Shown here: in pieces, positions 1-8,278 of the stretch
Layout: each line of letters begins with the position of its first letter
Numbering within the stretch: the stretch's first letter is position 1
Assembly: GCA_037445915.1 (NCBI GenBank)
Contig: JBBIJQ010000018.1
Span: 479 to 35,580 of the forward strand
Reading direction: 5' to 3'
Source: Planctomycetales bacterium
GTDB taxonomy: Bacteria > 4484-113
DNA: 35,102 nt
The notes under the pieces: generated by a model
Told to the model about the DNA's origin: nothing
The model's input: only the letters and a program-made list of their open reading frames with translations
Database searches by the model: none
Program-made: the position numbers and the translations under genes

Positions 1-45
1 CCTTCAAGGTGAGTATTCCACGCCCTCATATGCTATCCTTCCCCA

Positions 46-726
46 ATGCCTAATCATGGAGGCGCGGGGTTTCGCGCGGACATAATCTTCTTTGATAACG
101 ACGGGACGATATTCGATTCGTCAACGGGCGTGCTGGAGGCGGTGCAGGAGGGCTTCCGCGAGTTTTGCGCGGCGCACTCGCTTGACCTGCCCGTGCCCAC
201 GGTCGCGCGCATAATGGAGCTGACCGGCCAGCCAAACACTGTGTTCTTTCCCTCGGTGCTGCCGCCTGAGCTGCGCGAAATGGCGCCGGAGCTGCGCGAG
301 ATGTGCCTGCGCCGCGAGATGCAGGCCATACGCGAGCAGGGGCGCATATACCCCGGCGCGGCGGAGATGCTCGCAGGGCTTCGCGCGCGCGGCAAGACGC
401 TCGTGATGGTGACGCATGCAGGCGAAGAATACTTGGGCGCGGCCGCCGAGACCTTCGGTTATGGGAAGATGTTTGACGCGCTCTACCACGTGGGGATGCA
501 CGGCCTTGGCGACAAAGTGGCGATGATTGCGCATGCGCTCGCAGCATTGGGAATGAGTGGCGCGCAGCTGGCGATGGTGGGCGACAAGAAGGCCGACGTG
601 GATGCGGGGCATGCACATGGCGGGAAATCGGTGTTCTGCGCTTACGGCTTCGGGACTGACGCTGACCGCGGGCAGGCCGATTACATCATCAACGCGCCAT
701 TGGAACTCCTTGGCTTGGTGAAGTAA
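46..726 (+). CDS. HAD-superfamily hydrolase (phosphoglycolate phosphatase-like)
   Basis: Motif I FDNDGT, motif II VT, motif III K, motif IV VGDKKAD, C-terminal YGFG...ADYII. Extended -10 TGCTATCCT sits 6 nt before the ATG. Confidence 0.9.
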   Translation: MPNHGGAGFRADIIFFDNDGTIFDSSTGVLEAVQEGFREFCAAHSLDLPVPTVARIMELTGQPNTVFFPSVLPPELREMAPELREMCLRREMQAIREQGRIYPGAAEMLAGLRARGKTLVMVTHAGEEYLGAAAETFGYGKMFDALYHVGMHGLGDKVAMIAHALAALGMSGAQLAMVGDKKADVDAGHAHGGKSVFCAYGFGTDADRGQADYIINAPLELLGLVK

Positions 727-785
727 TCTGCCGCTAGCCAGCGACAGTCTGCACTGCTTTGCGGGCTTGCTTTCGCCTTAAAACA

Positions 786-817
786 AAAAGGCGAGAGGGG
801 GCCTCGCCTTTTCTTTT
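786..817. terminator. Probable bidirectional intrinsic terminator between the convergent HAD and pilT/U genes
   Basis: AAAAGGCGAG-agggggc-CTCGCCTTTT hairpin with an A-run on the left and a T-run on the right. Confidence 0.8.
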
Positions 818-849
818 CGTAGTAATTGTTGCCGGCGGCTTTGAGCGCG

Positions 850-1998
850 CTAGATGCCGGAGCCCATGTCGCTGCCCATAGGCCGCGTATGGTCAAACTG
901 CTCCACGCGGCGCATGATGCGCTCGGTGAAGTCGGTGTCTTTCTGCTCAAGCAGCTTGAAGTCGTGCGGGCTGCTCGCGGCGTTGATGGCCGTATCATAC
1001 GTAATCCACCCTCGGCGGAACATTGTGAGGAGGTATTGGTCAAAGGTGATCATCCCTTCAGAGGTGCCTTCCTCAATCGCGTTCTTAATCATATCGGTCT
1101 TATCGGCGTCTTCAATAAACTCGCGGATGCGGCCGGTGGTCTTCATAATCTCAAGCGCGGGCACGCGGCCGCCGCCGACCATGGGGAGAAGGCGCATGGA
1201 CACGATTGCCTTGATGGTTTCAGAGAGCATTAGGCGCGCCTGGTTCTGCATGTCGTGGGGGTAGAAGTCAACGACGCGGTTGATGGTCTGAACCACGTCC
1301 AGTGTGTGCAGTGTTGTAAAAACCAAGTGGCCGGTGAGCGCAGCCTGGAAAGTGGAGTTCACGGTGTCGCGGTCGCGCATCTCGCCAACGAGGATGATGT
1401 CGGGGTCTTCGCGCATCGCTCCGCGGATGGCGTCCATGAACGTGTTCGTATCAACGCCCAGCTCGCGCTGGTTGATGATGGCTTCCTTGTCGTGGTGGAC
1501 GAACTCAATGGGGTCTTCAACCGTGATGATATGCACCGGCCGGCGGTTGTTCACATACTCAATCATTGACGCGAGAGTCGTGGACTTGCCCGAACCAGTG
1601 GTGCCGGTGATGATAATAATGCCCCGGCGCTCCAGCGAAAGCTCTTCCATGATGACCGGCAGGTTCAATTCCTCAAAGGGGAGAATTGAGTCGGGAACAA
1701 GGCGCAGCGCGGCGGCGAGCGTTCCCTGCTGGCGGAAAATGTTGACGCGGAAGCGTCCGTGAACGCCGTACTGGAACGACACGTCAATTTCGTTGCGCTC
1801 TTCAAGCATATATTCGCGCTTGGGAGTGAGCAACTCTTTGCAGTAGCGTTCCATGAGGTCTTCGTCAACCTTCGGGAAGTCGGTCGGCATCAAGTCGCCG
1901 TCAATGCGGACGAAGGGCACCCGGTTCACCCCAAGGTGAAGGTCGGAGGCGTTCTTCTCAATAACAAAATCAAGCAAAGCGAGGATTCTCTCGGCCAT
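850..1998 (-). CDS. Type IV pilus retraction ATPase, PilT/PilU family
   Basis: ASDLHL, RFRVNIF, Walker A GTTGSGKST, EDPIE, REDPDIILVGEMRD and TGHLVFTTLH. It lacks a clean AIRNLIRE motif, so PilT versus PilU is not resolved. Confidence 0.92.
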   Translation of the reverse strand: MAERILALLDFVIEKNASDLHLGVNRVPFVRIDGDLMPTDFPKVDEDLMERYCKELLTPKREYMLEERNEIDVSFQYGVHGRFRVNIFRQQGTLAAALRLVPDSILPFEELNLPVIMEELSLERRGIIIITGTTGSGKSTTLASMIEYVNNRRPVHIITVEDPIEFVHHDKEAIINQRELGVDTNTFMDAIRGAMREDPDIILVGEMRDRDTVNSTFQAALTGHLVFTTLHTLDVVQTINRVVDFYPHDMQNQARLMLSETIKAIVSMRLLPMVGGGRVPALEIMKTTGRIREFIEDADKTDMIKNAIEEGTSEGMITFDQYLLTMFRRGWITYDTAINAASSPHDFKLLEQKDTDFTERIMRRVEQFDHTRPMGSDMGSGI

Positions 1999-2061
1999 TT
2001 GTATACCCCTGATAATGTCGGCATCGCATTGAACTGCCGCGAACGCGGATTATAACACAGC

Positions 2062-2805
2062 TTAGCGGGGCTTTCCCATAGGAACCCCGGCGGATTTTCT
2101 CAAGCGGGTTTCTTCGTCTTGTGAAAGCCTGCGGCTGTCGCCGGCTTTCAGGCTGCCAAGCCCCACGCCGCCGAAATCCACGCGCTTGAGGCGCTTCACC
2201 TCAAACCCGTGCTTTGTGAATATCCGGCGCACAATGCGGTTGCGCCCCTCATTAAGAGTGATGGTAAGCACGCCGCCGCCTGCGCGGGTAGGGTGCGGCC
2301 GCACGCTGAGCGGCCTGGCAGGGCCGTCATCCAGCGCTGTCTCGCCGGCAAGGCGCTCAATGTCGGCTTGAGAAGGCGTAGGCTCAACCGCGACTTCATA
2401 AGTGCGCGACACGGCAAAAGAAGGGTGCATCAGCTTGTTAGCGAGTTCGCCGTCGTTGGTGAGGATAAGCAACCCTTCGCTTTCCTTGTCAAGCCTGCCG
2501 ACAGCAAAGACGCGCTCTCCGCCCAACGGAGGGAAGTAGTCTGCGAGGCACTTGCGCTCGCGCTCGTCGCTCCACGTGCTGAGGACGCCACGCGGCTTGT
2601 AGAAAGCGAGAATGCGCGGGCGTACCTGCTGCGGAGCTTTGCGCCCGGCAACGGTAATGCGGTCTTTGCCAAGGTCAACCTGCGCGCTGAGGCTGGATAT
2701 CACCTCGCCGTTAACACGTACTTCGCCTGCGCGGATAAGTTCCTCCACGGCGCGCCTGCTCCCGTAGCCAAGCGACGCCAGCGCGCGGTTTATCCTCATT
2801 TGCAC
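2062..2805 (-). CDS. rRNA pseudouridine synthase, RsuA/RluB family with S4 domain
   Basis: N-terminal S4 (RINRALASLGYGSRRAVEELI), YKPRG, catalytic VGRLDKESEGLLILTNDG and EGRNRIVRR. GTG start lies 6 nt after TATAAT. Confidence 0.92.
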   Translation of the reverse strand: MQMRINRALASLGYGSRRAVEELIRAGEVRVNGEVISSLSAQVDLGKDRITVAGRKAPQQVRPRILAFYKPRGVLSTWSDERERKCLADYFPPLGGERVFAVGRLDKESEGLLILTNDGELANKLMHPSFAVSRTYEVAVEPTPSQADIERLAGETALDDGPARPLSVRPHPTRAGGGVLTITLNEGRNRIVRRIFTKHGFEVKRLKRVDFGGVGLGSLKAGDSRRLSQDEETRLRKSAGVPMGKPR

Positions 2806-2847
2806 ATGTGCATTATACGCTGTGCGGGGATGCGGTAGAATCTTGGC

Positions 2848-3384
2848 GTGAAAAAACTAGTGACATTTACCCAAGCTCCAATCGCCCTGCAACGCGGAAT
2901 AGGGCTTTCTGTTGCGTTTGAGTTCAACGAAGCAGGCTTGGCGGGTGTGCATATGTCCGTGACCAAGTTGCAGGGGCGTAATTCCACGCCGGTTAAGCCA
3001 AACCCCGGTCACAGGATGATTCTAGATATCCTGGAAGGCAGGGCGCGCTTGAAGGCAGACGCGAAGTTCAGGCTGCTTACAGTTGAGTCGTCTGCAATGT
3101 GCGCAACTTGGGACATCGGAGTGCCGCTGAGCGAACACCAATGCAAGGCTTACCGCAGGCTGATCGCGGTGAAGTTCGGCAAGACCATCTCGTATGGAGA
3201 ACTAGCGCGCGCGGTAGGCAGTTCGCCCCGCGCTATCGGTGGGGCTATGGCGCGTAACCCTTTTCCGCTAATCGTTCCTTGCCACCGGGTAATCGGAGCG
3301 GATGGGAGCATAGGAGGCTGGTCGCCCATTGAAGGCATTGACTTGAAAGTGGCACTGCTCGCGTATGAGGCGCAGAATCGGTAG
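2848..3384 (+). CDS. ogt: Methylated-DNA--protein-cysteine methyltransferase
   Basis: GKTISYGELA, RAIGGAM and the active-site NPFPLIVPCHRVI. Confidence 0.9.
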   Translation: MKKLVTFTQAPIALQRGIGLSVAFEFNEAGLAGVHMSVTKLQGRNSTPVKPNPGHRMILDILEGRARLKADAKFRLLTVESSAMCATWDIGVPLSEHQCKAYRRLIAVKFGKTISYGELARAVGSSPRAIGGAMARNPFPLIVPCHRVIGADGSIGGWSPIEGIDLKVALLAYEAQNR

Positions 3385-3476
3385 CCGGCGAAGGCCGTTT
3401 TTGCGCCTAAACCCAATTAAGCTACAATACCTTGGCTACGGGCGACGCCCAGCGGGGCGCGGGGGCTGAAAAACTA

Positions 3477-5240
3477 ATGGGAAATTACGCTAAGTTTCTC
3501 ATGCGGGTAACCAGCGCAAAGGTCGTATTCCTTTCGGCATTTTGGATGGCGACCTATTTCCTGCCGCTTCCAGAGCAAATGGTTACAGCCCAGGAGCGAA
3601 TTCTAGCTATTGCATTGTTCCTTCTCGTAAGCGCCGCAGGCATCTTTGCTATTGCCTATCGCCAAGTTAATCTCGGGCGCGCTAGTCCTGCGCTCTTCGC
3701 TATAGATCTCTTATTTGCGCTCTACTTAGCACGTTTTTTTACCGCTAGCCATGGGCTGCTATTGCTACTGATTACCGTCCTCATTATCTTCCATACTATC
3801 GTTTTCAGCCGTCTTTACGGCGCAATAACGCTGCTCATCGGGATTATCCTAGTAAGCGCGGTTGTTAAATACAGCCCGGCAGACTTTTCTTTCCTTGGAG
3901 GCGCGGCGCCTCAGTCAGAAATGCTCTATTCCGTCTTAGTGCTCTTTCTTGCATACGGTATGGCTTTTCTGGTTATCAGCCACCACCGCATGATAATCGC
4001 GGAGAGTGACCGCCTCACTGAGAATCTGGCAGACTCCACAATCGCCAGCGAGATTGCGCGCGGCGAAGTTGTGCTCCGAAACCAGCAGCTTTCCACGCTG
4101 TTGCTGATATCAGAGAGCCTCTCTTCTTCGTTGGAAGGAGACCAGCTTTTTAAGAACTTCAGCTCCGCCATTCGCAACTCTGTTTCCTTCAACAACTTCA
4201 GCTTGCTTGTATTTGCGCCTGAAAGCCGCAGCTTCAAGGTTCTCGTAAGCAAGGAGCATTTCTACGACCTAGACGAAGCCCCGCGGTTTCCCATAGACAG
4301 GGGCATAGCTGGTTTTGTTTACAACCGCGGCGTGCCGTATGTGACTGGCACCGCCAAGAAGGACCCCCTGCTTGCGGAACTTCCTGTTTCATCCAGCGGT
4401 ATCGGGTCTGTCATGTGCGTTCCCCTTTTCTTCAAGGATGAAATACTTGGAGTGCTACTGCTTGAAGACTTTGAGGAAGACAAATACACAAGCGAACAGC
4501 TTCGGTTCGTGGAAAGCATCGCGCCGCTGTTATCAATAGCGGTAAACAACGTATTGAACTACCAAGTCATTAAGACTGCTTCCACACGCGACAAGCTAAC
4601 GAACCTCTACAACTACTTCGCCTTTACCCAGCGCTTTTACGAGCTGTTGGAAAGCACGTATCGTAAACAAAAGCCTTTGGCGTTTATCCTAATAGACCTG
4701 GACGACTTTAAGAAGGTGAACGATACTTACGGACATCTTGCTGGCAATACAGTCTTAGCGCAAATGGGAGATCTGTTAACTTCCTTTTTCCGCCGCAGCG
4801 ACATGGTAGCCCGTTACGGCGGGGAGGAGTTTGCTGTAGTTCTCCCCAACACCTCGGTTGATATCGGCCTTGTTATAGCCGACTCGTTGCGCGAAGCGGT
4901 GGAGGAAAGCGAGTTCTTGGGTGATGGCAAGCCCAAGCTCAAGCTGACAATAAGCATTGGAGTTTCCTGCACGACGGATGAAGGCGTTGAGTTTGTCGCG
5001 CGGCCCAGCCGGAGGCTTGATGACGACCACTTTGTGGAGAACCTGGAAGAAATAGCGGGGAAGCTCATCGCATCCGCCGATGCCGCGCTATACGAAAGCA
5101 AGCGCAGCGGTAAAAACCAGGTGTATGCCGCAGCAAACTCGCTTATTCCCTACAAGAGCTTTACTGTTTACCGCAAACAAGCGCCCGAGGGCGAGCTTCC
5201 CAATGTTGAGAAGAAGCCCTCTTGGAAGCTGAAACAGTAG
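3477..5240 (+). CDS. Membrane-bound GAF-GGDEF diguanylate cyclase
   Basis: About 5-6 N-terminal hydrophobic helices, a GAF region (GIAGFV...SVMCVPL), DKLTNLYN, DLDDFKKVNDTYGHLAGN, RxxD I-site (RRSD) and GGEEF. Start placed at ATG 3477; TTG 3432 is an alternative. Confidence 0.9.
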   Translation: MGNYAKFLMRVTSAKVVFLSAFWMATYFLPLPEQMVTAQERILAIALFLLVSAAGIFAIAYRQVNLGRASPALFAIDLLFALYLARFFTASHGLLLLLITVLIIFHTIVFSRLYGAITLLIGIILVSAVVKYSPADFSFLGGAAPQSEMLYSVLVLFLAYGMAFLVISHHRMIIAESDRLTENLADSTIASEIARGEVVLRNQQLSTLLLISESLSSSLEGDQLFKNFSSAIRNSVSFNNFSLLVFAPESRSFKVLVSKEHFYDLDEAPRFPIDRGIAGFVYNRGVPYVTGTAKKDPLLAELPVSSSGIGSVMCVPLFFKDEILGVLLLEDFEEDKYTSEQLRFVESIAPLLSIAVNNVLNYQVIKTASTRDKLTNLYNYFAFTQRFYELLESTYRKQKPLAFILIDLDDFKKVNDTYGHLAGNTVLAQMGDLLTSFFRRSDMVARYGGEEFAVVLPNTSVDIGLVIADSLREAVEESEFLGDGKPKLKLTISIGVSCTTDEGVEFVARPSRRLDDDHFVENLEEIAGKLIASADAALYESKRSGKNQVYAAANSLIPYKSFTVYRKQAPEGELPNVEKKPSWKLKQ

Positions 5241-5284
5241 ATTCTGCTTTACGCCTAACAAGCTCACGGGTAGAATTACGCTGC

Positions 5285-6580
5285 ATGAGTATCTCGGTTG
5301 AACAACAGATTGAACGCATCCTTGATGGAGCTGAGGAATTTCTGCCGACCAAGGACGGTTTACGCAGCCGCTTAGAAAGGAAGGGTAGCCTGCGCGTGAA
5401 ACTCGGGCTTGACCCTACGCATACCGACTTGACGTTAGGCCATGCTGTCGTGCTGCAGAAGTTACGACGGTTTCAAGAGCTAGGCCACACGGTTGTTCTC
5501 ATTATCGGGGACTTCACCGCCTTAGTAGGCGACCCGAGTGGGCGCAGCAAAGCGCGGCCTCAGCTTACGGAAAACGAGATTGCCGCATTCGGGCGCTCTT
5601 TCGCCGAGCAGGCTGGGCGAATCCTTGACATGAACAAGGTAGAGCTGCGGCATAACTCCGAATGGCTGGCAAAGCTCACGATGAAGGACGCCATCCAGCT
5701 TGCGCAGAAGATCACCGTGTCAAAGATGCTTGAACGTCAGGACTTCGGTACTCGCTACAAGAATGAAACGCCGATATTTGTCCATGAGTTTTTGTATGCG
5801 CTGCTTCAAGGTTACGACTCGGTAGCAGTGAAGTGCGATATTGAAATCGGCGCGACTGAGCAGAAGTTTAATCTGCTTATGGGCCGTGAGATAATGCCCG
5901 ACTACGGTCAGGAACAACAGATGGTCCTGATGATGCCCATTCTCGTGGGCTTGGACGGCACTGAGAAGATGAGCAAGAGCAAGGGAAACTACATCGCCCT
6001 GACCGATACGCCTACCGACATGTTCGGCAAAGTGATGAGCATTCCCGATAGCATCATCGGCAACTACTTCCGCGTACTGCTTGAGCGAAGCAAGGAGGAA
6101 GTCGCGGAGATGGAGAAGGCGATGGCCGCCGGCGGGAACCCTATGAAGTTCAAGCTTGACCTTGCTGAAGCCGTCACTGCTCGCTTCTACACAGCGGATA
6201 TCGGCTCGCAGGAGCGAGAAGGATTTCAGAAGGCCTTCACAGGGCGCGATATGGCAGCAGTTGCAGAGGAAGTGACTGTTGTTGCTAAGGATTTCGAATC
6301 TAGCATCCTTGACATATTAACGATTCGCCCTGATCGAGACACATTAAGTCTAGCTGAGAAGGCTGGCTTTAAATCGCGCAACGATACGCGCAAGCTCATT
6401 GAACAGGGCGGAGTAAGGATAAACGGTAGGAAACACACAGAACCTAACCAGCGGATTCCAGTATCTGCTGGCAGCGAAATCTTGATTGAAGTTGGAAAGA
6501 AGAAGTCTTTCTATATCACAATCACAGAGGTTAGGGCACCCTTTGACGATAAGCTCGCGGGAAGCGATTCAATGCAGTAG
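5285..6580 (+). CDS. tyrS: Tyrosine--tRNA ligase
   Basis: KLGLDPT..DLTLGH (HIGH variant), IGDFTA.VGDPSGR, LQGYDS, KMSKS and a C-terminal S4 domain. ATG 5285 lies 8 nt after TAGAAT. Confidence 0.96.
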   Translation: MSISVEQQIERILDGAEEFLPTKDGLRSRLERKGSLRVKLGLDPTHTDLTLGHAVVLQKLRRFQELGHTVVLIIGDFTALVGDPSGRSKARPQLTENEIAAFGRSFAEQAGRILDMNKVELRHNSEWLAKLTMKDAIQLAQKITVSKMLERQDFGTRYKNETPIFVHEFLYALLQGYDSVAVKCDIEIGATEQKFNLLMGREIMPDYGQEQQMVLMMPILVGLDGTEKMSKSKGNYIALTDTPTDMFGKVMSIPDSIIGNYFRVLLERSKEEVAEMEKAMAAGGNPMKFKLDLAEAVTARFYTADIGSQEREGFQKAFTGRDMAAVAEEVTVVAKDFESSILDILTIRPDRDTLSLAEKAGFKSRNDTRKLIEQGGVRINGRKHTEPNQRIPVSAGSEILIEVGKKKSFYITITEVRAPFDDKLAGSDSMQ

Positions 6581-6719
6581 CCTAAGCTTTTCCATTACCT
6601 AGTTGCATCAGACTTCACTTCACGAGTAATTCATATGCGACAAAGCACGTGCCGGATGCAATTACACACTTTAGGATGCCTGCAATGCCGGCGCACGCGT
6701 TGAATGGAATGCGCCTTGC

Positions 6720-7181
6720 CTAGACTCTCTCTGAAGCCCAGGTGCCGGTGACGACAACGCCGTCATTAGCGCTGAAGCCGCTTACAAATGTCATCGTGAA
6801 GTTGCCCGAACCGGTCTGCTGAACCTCGTCAAAGTTACCGGTAATGGTGATATCAATCACTTGGTTCTGCCACGGGTCATCAGTGCTCAACGTGAAAGCG
6901 CCATCAGTGTTGCTGAAAGTGCCTGCGTAAACACGGCCAAAACCATCATATGCCGAAATCGCCGCGCCATCGTTGGTAGTGCTCAGGTGCTGAATAAAGT
7001 TCTCATTCACGATAGTGCCAACGACATTACTGGTGTCGCCAGTAACATGGAAATCATAGGCGTAGGTTCCATGCATCACCGGATAGTCACTTGTGAAATA
7101 CCCATCGCGGCCGCCGCTATTCCCGCAGGAGGCCATAACAAACAACAGCGCAATTACAGAAACAAGTCCAATGAACCTCAT
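6720..7181 (-). CDS. Putative lipoprotein of unknown function (beta-rich)
   Basis: MRFIGLVSVIALLFVMASC lipoprotein-type signal and a GGAGA Shine-Dalgarno (SD) before ATG 7181. Confidence 0.7.
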   Translation of the reverse strand: MRFIGLVSVIALLFVMASCGNSGGRDGYFTSDYPVMHGTYAYDFHVTGDTSNVVGTIVNENFIQHLSTTNDGAAISAYDGFGRVYAGTFSNTDGAFTLSTDDPWQNQVIDITITGNFDEVQQTGSGNFTMTFVSGFSANDGVVVTGTWASERV

Positions 7182-7274
7182 TGAGATTCTCCCGAGAGTG
7201 AGATAAGCGGAAATAATAGCACTGACACCTGCATTACACAAGCATACGTATGCTTGAAAGCTGGCGCGTTAGGT

Positions 7275-7730
7275 TCACTTCGCGTCTTCTTCAATCAACT
7301 TCGTTGCCATGTCAACTGCAGAAATGAGGAGTTTGGGGCAGGCGCTATACGGAGCTGAAGCAGCGATGGCCGCTTGAAATTGGCCCTCGTCGCTAAGGTC
7401 GTAGCCTAGCAGCGATGTGCAATCCAATGAACCGTGCGTTTCCTTGAAGTTGTTCATGAACCGCTGGATTACCCGGTAAGTGAGCTGCTTGGAGTAGCGG
7501 TCGCTTCCACGGGTAGCCCCGTACTTCAGCCCGATGGCTAGCACACCGCCTGTCACAGCGCCGCAAATGTTGTTTGTATGCGCAAGCCCGCCGCCAAAGC
7601 CCGAAGCAACCTTATTAGCCTGTTCCTCGCTAATTCCCAGCTTAGGCGCAAACTCGGCGAACACTGACTGGGCGCAGTTAAAGCCGCTTTTGAAGCGGAG
7701 GACAGCGGGATGTTCCTGATGTGATTCCAT
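7275..7730 (-). CDS. C_GCAxxG_C_C family putative redox-active protein
   Basis: FNCAQSV, GFGGG...ICGAVTGG, GSLDC and a final C. SD GGAGG present. All four positions are Cys codons, with no TGA. Confidence 0.88.
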   Translation of the reverse strand: MESHQEHPAVLRFKSGFNCAQSVFAEFAPKLGISEEQANKVASGFGGGLAHTNNICGAVTGGVLAIGLKYGATRGSDRYSKQLTYRVIQRFMNNFKETHGSLDCTSLLGYDLSDEGQFQAAIAASAPYSACPKLLISAVDMATKLIEEDAK

Positions 7731-7952
7731 ACAGCCTCCATTAAGTTAGAAGTGAAACAGCATTTTATCCTAATTGCTCCCGGAACACCTTGATATGGGG
7801 CTGAAGCAGGCTTCCGGATAAGGGCTTGCACAACCTTCCTCGTTATCTGGTAGAATAAGCGCGATTTCCTAAGGGGGTGAGGCGTCCCTGGAGTGCGTAT
7901 AACTTGGGGCGCGGAATCTCTGAAGGGTATGACATTATATGGAGGAAGGATC

Positions 7953-8150
7953 ATGGCCTACAGCCACACGAATTCAAAGGGCACCACTTACTACCTTCAC
8001 AGCAAGCAAGTAACCCTCAAGGGCGGGCGCCTGCAAACAATCTACTACTTCGCCAAGGAAGCTAAAGCAGAAGCTTGCGAGAATCTTCCCGACGGCTACA
8101 AAGTCGTGGAGAATCCTCGCACTGGCCTGCCTATCCTGAAGAAGGGTTAA
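7953..8150 (+). CDS. Small basic conserved-looking hypothetical protein (65 aa)
   Basis: Strong SD GGAGGAAGG. The sequence MAYSHTNSKGTTYYLH...IYYFAK...LPDGYKVVENPRTGLPILKK resembles a small uncharacterised family I recall from diverse bacteria. Confidence 0.8.
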   Translation: MAYSHTNSKGTTYYLHSKQVTLKGGRLQTIYYFAKEAKAEACENLPDGYKVVENPRTGLPILKKG

Positions 8151-8278
8151 GCGCAACATAACTGGCTATGTAGTCGGCGCAAGGATTGGCCGGCTCAGTG
8201 TCCGCATTCAAAGTTGCTGGTAGCAGCGAGGCAGTTCAACACTTGCGAGGCGCATAAACCAGCGGCTACAATTTGCCT

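Noticed and set aside
6581-6719. Imperfect inverted repeat between tyrS and the convergent lipoprotein
   Set aside because: Pairing is weak and interrupted, with no U-tract or recognisable RNA motif.
7275-7730. Selenoprotein version of the C_GCAxxG_C_C protein next to selB
   Set aside because: All conserved positions are Cys codons, and the only TGA is the terminal stop at the expected length.
8151-8272. Possible tRNA-Sec (selC) upstream of selB
   Set aside because: I could not build a cloverleaf with an acceptor stem, a UCA anticodon arm and a TTCGA T-loop.
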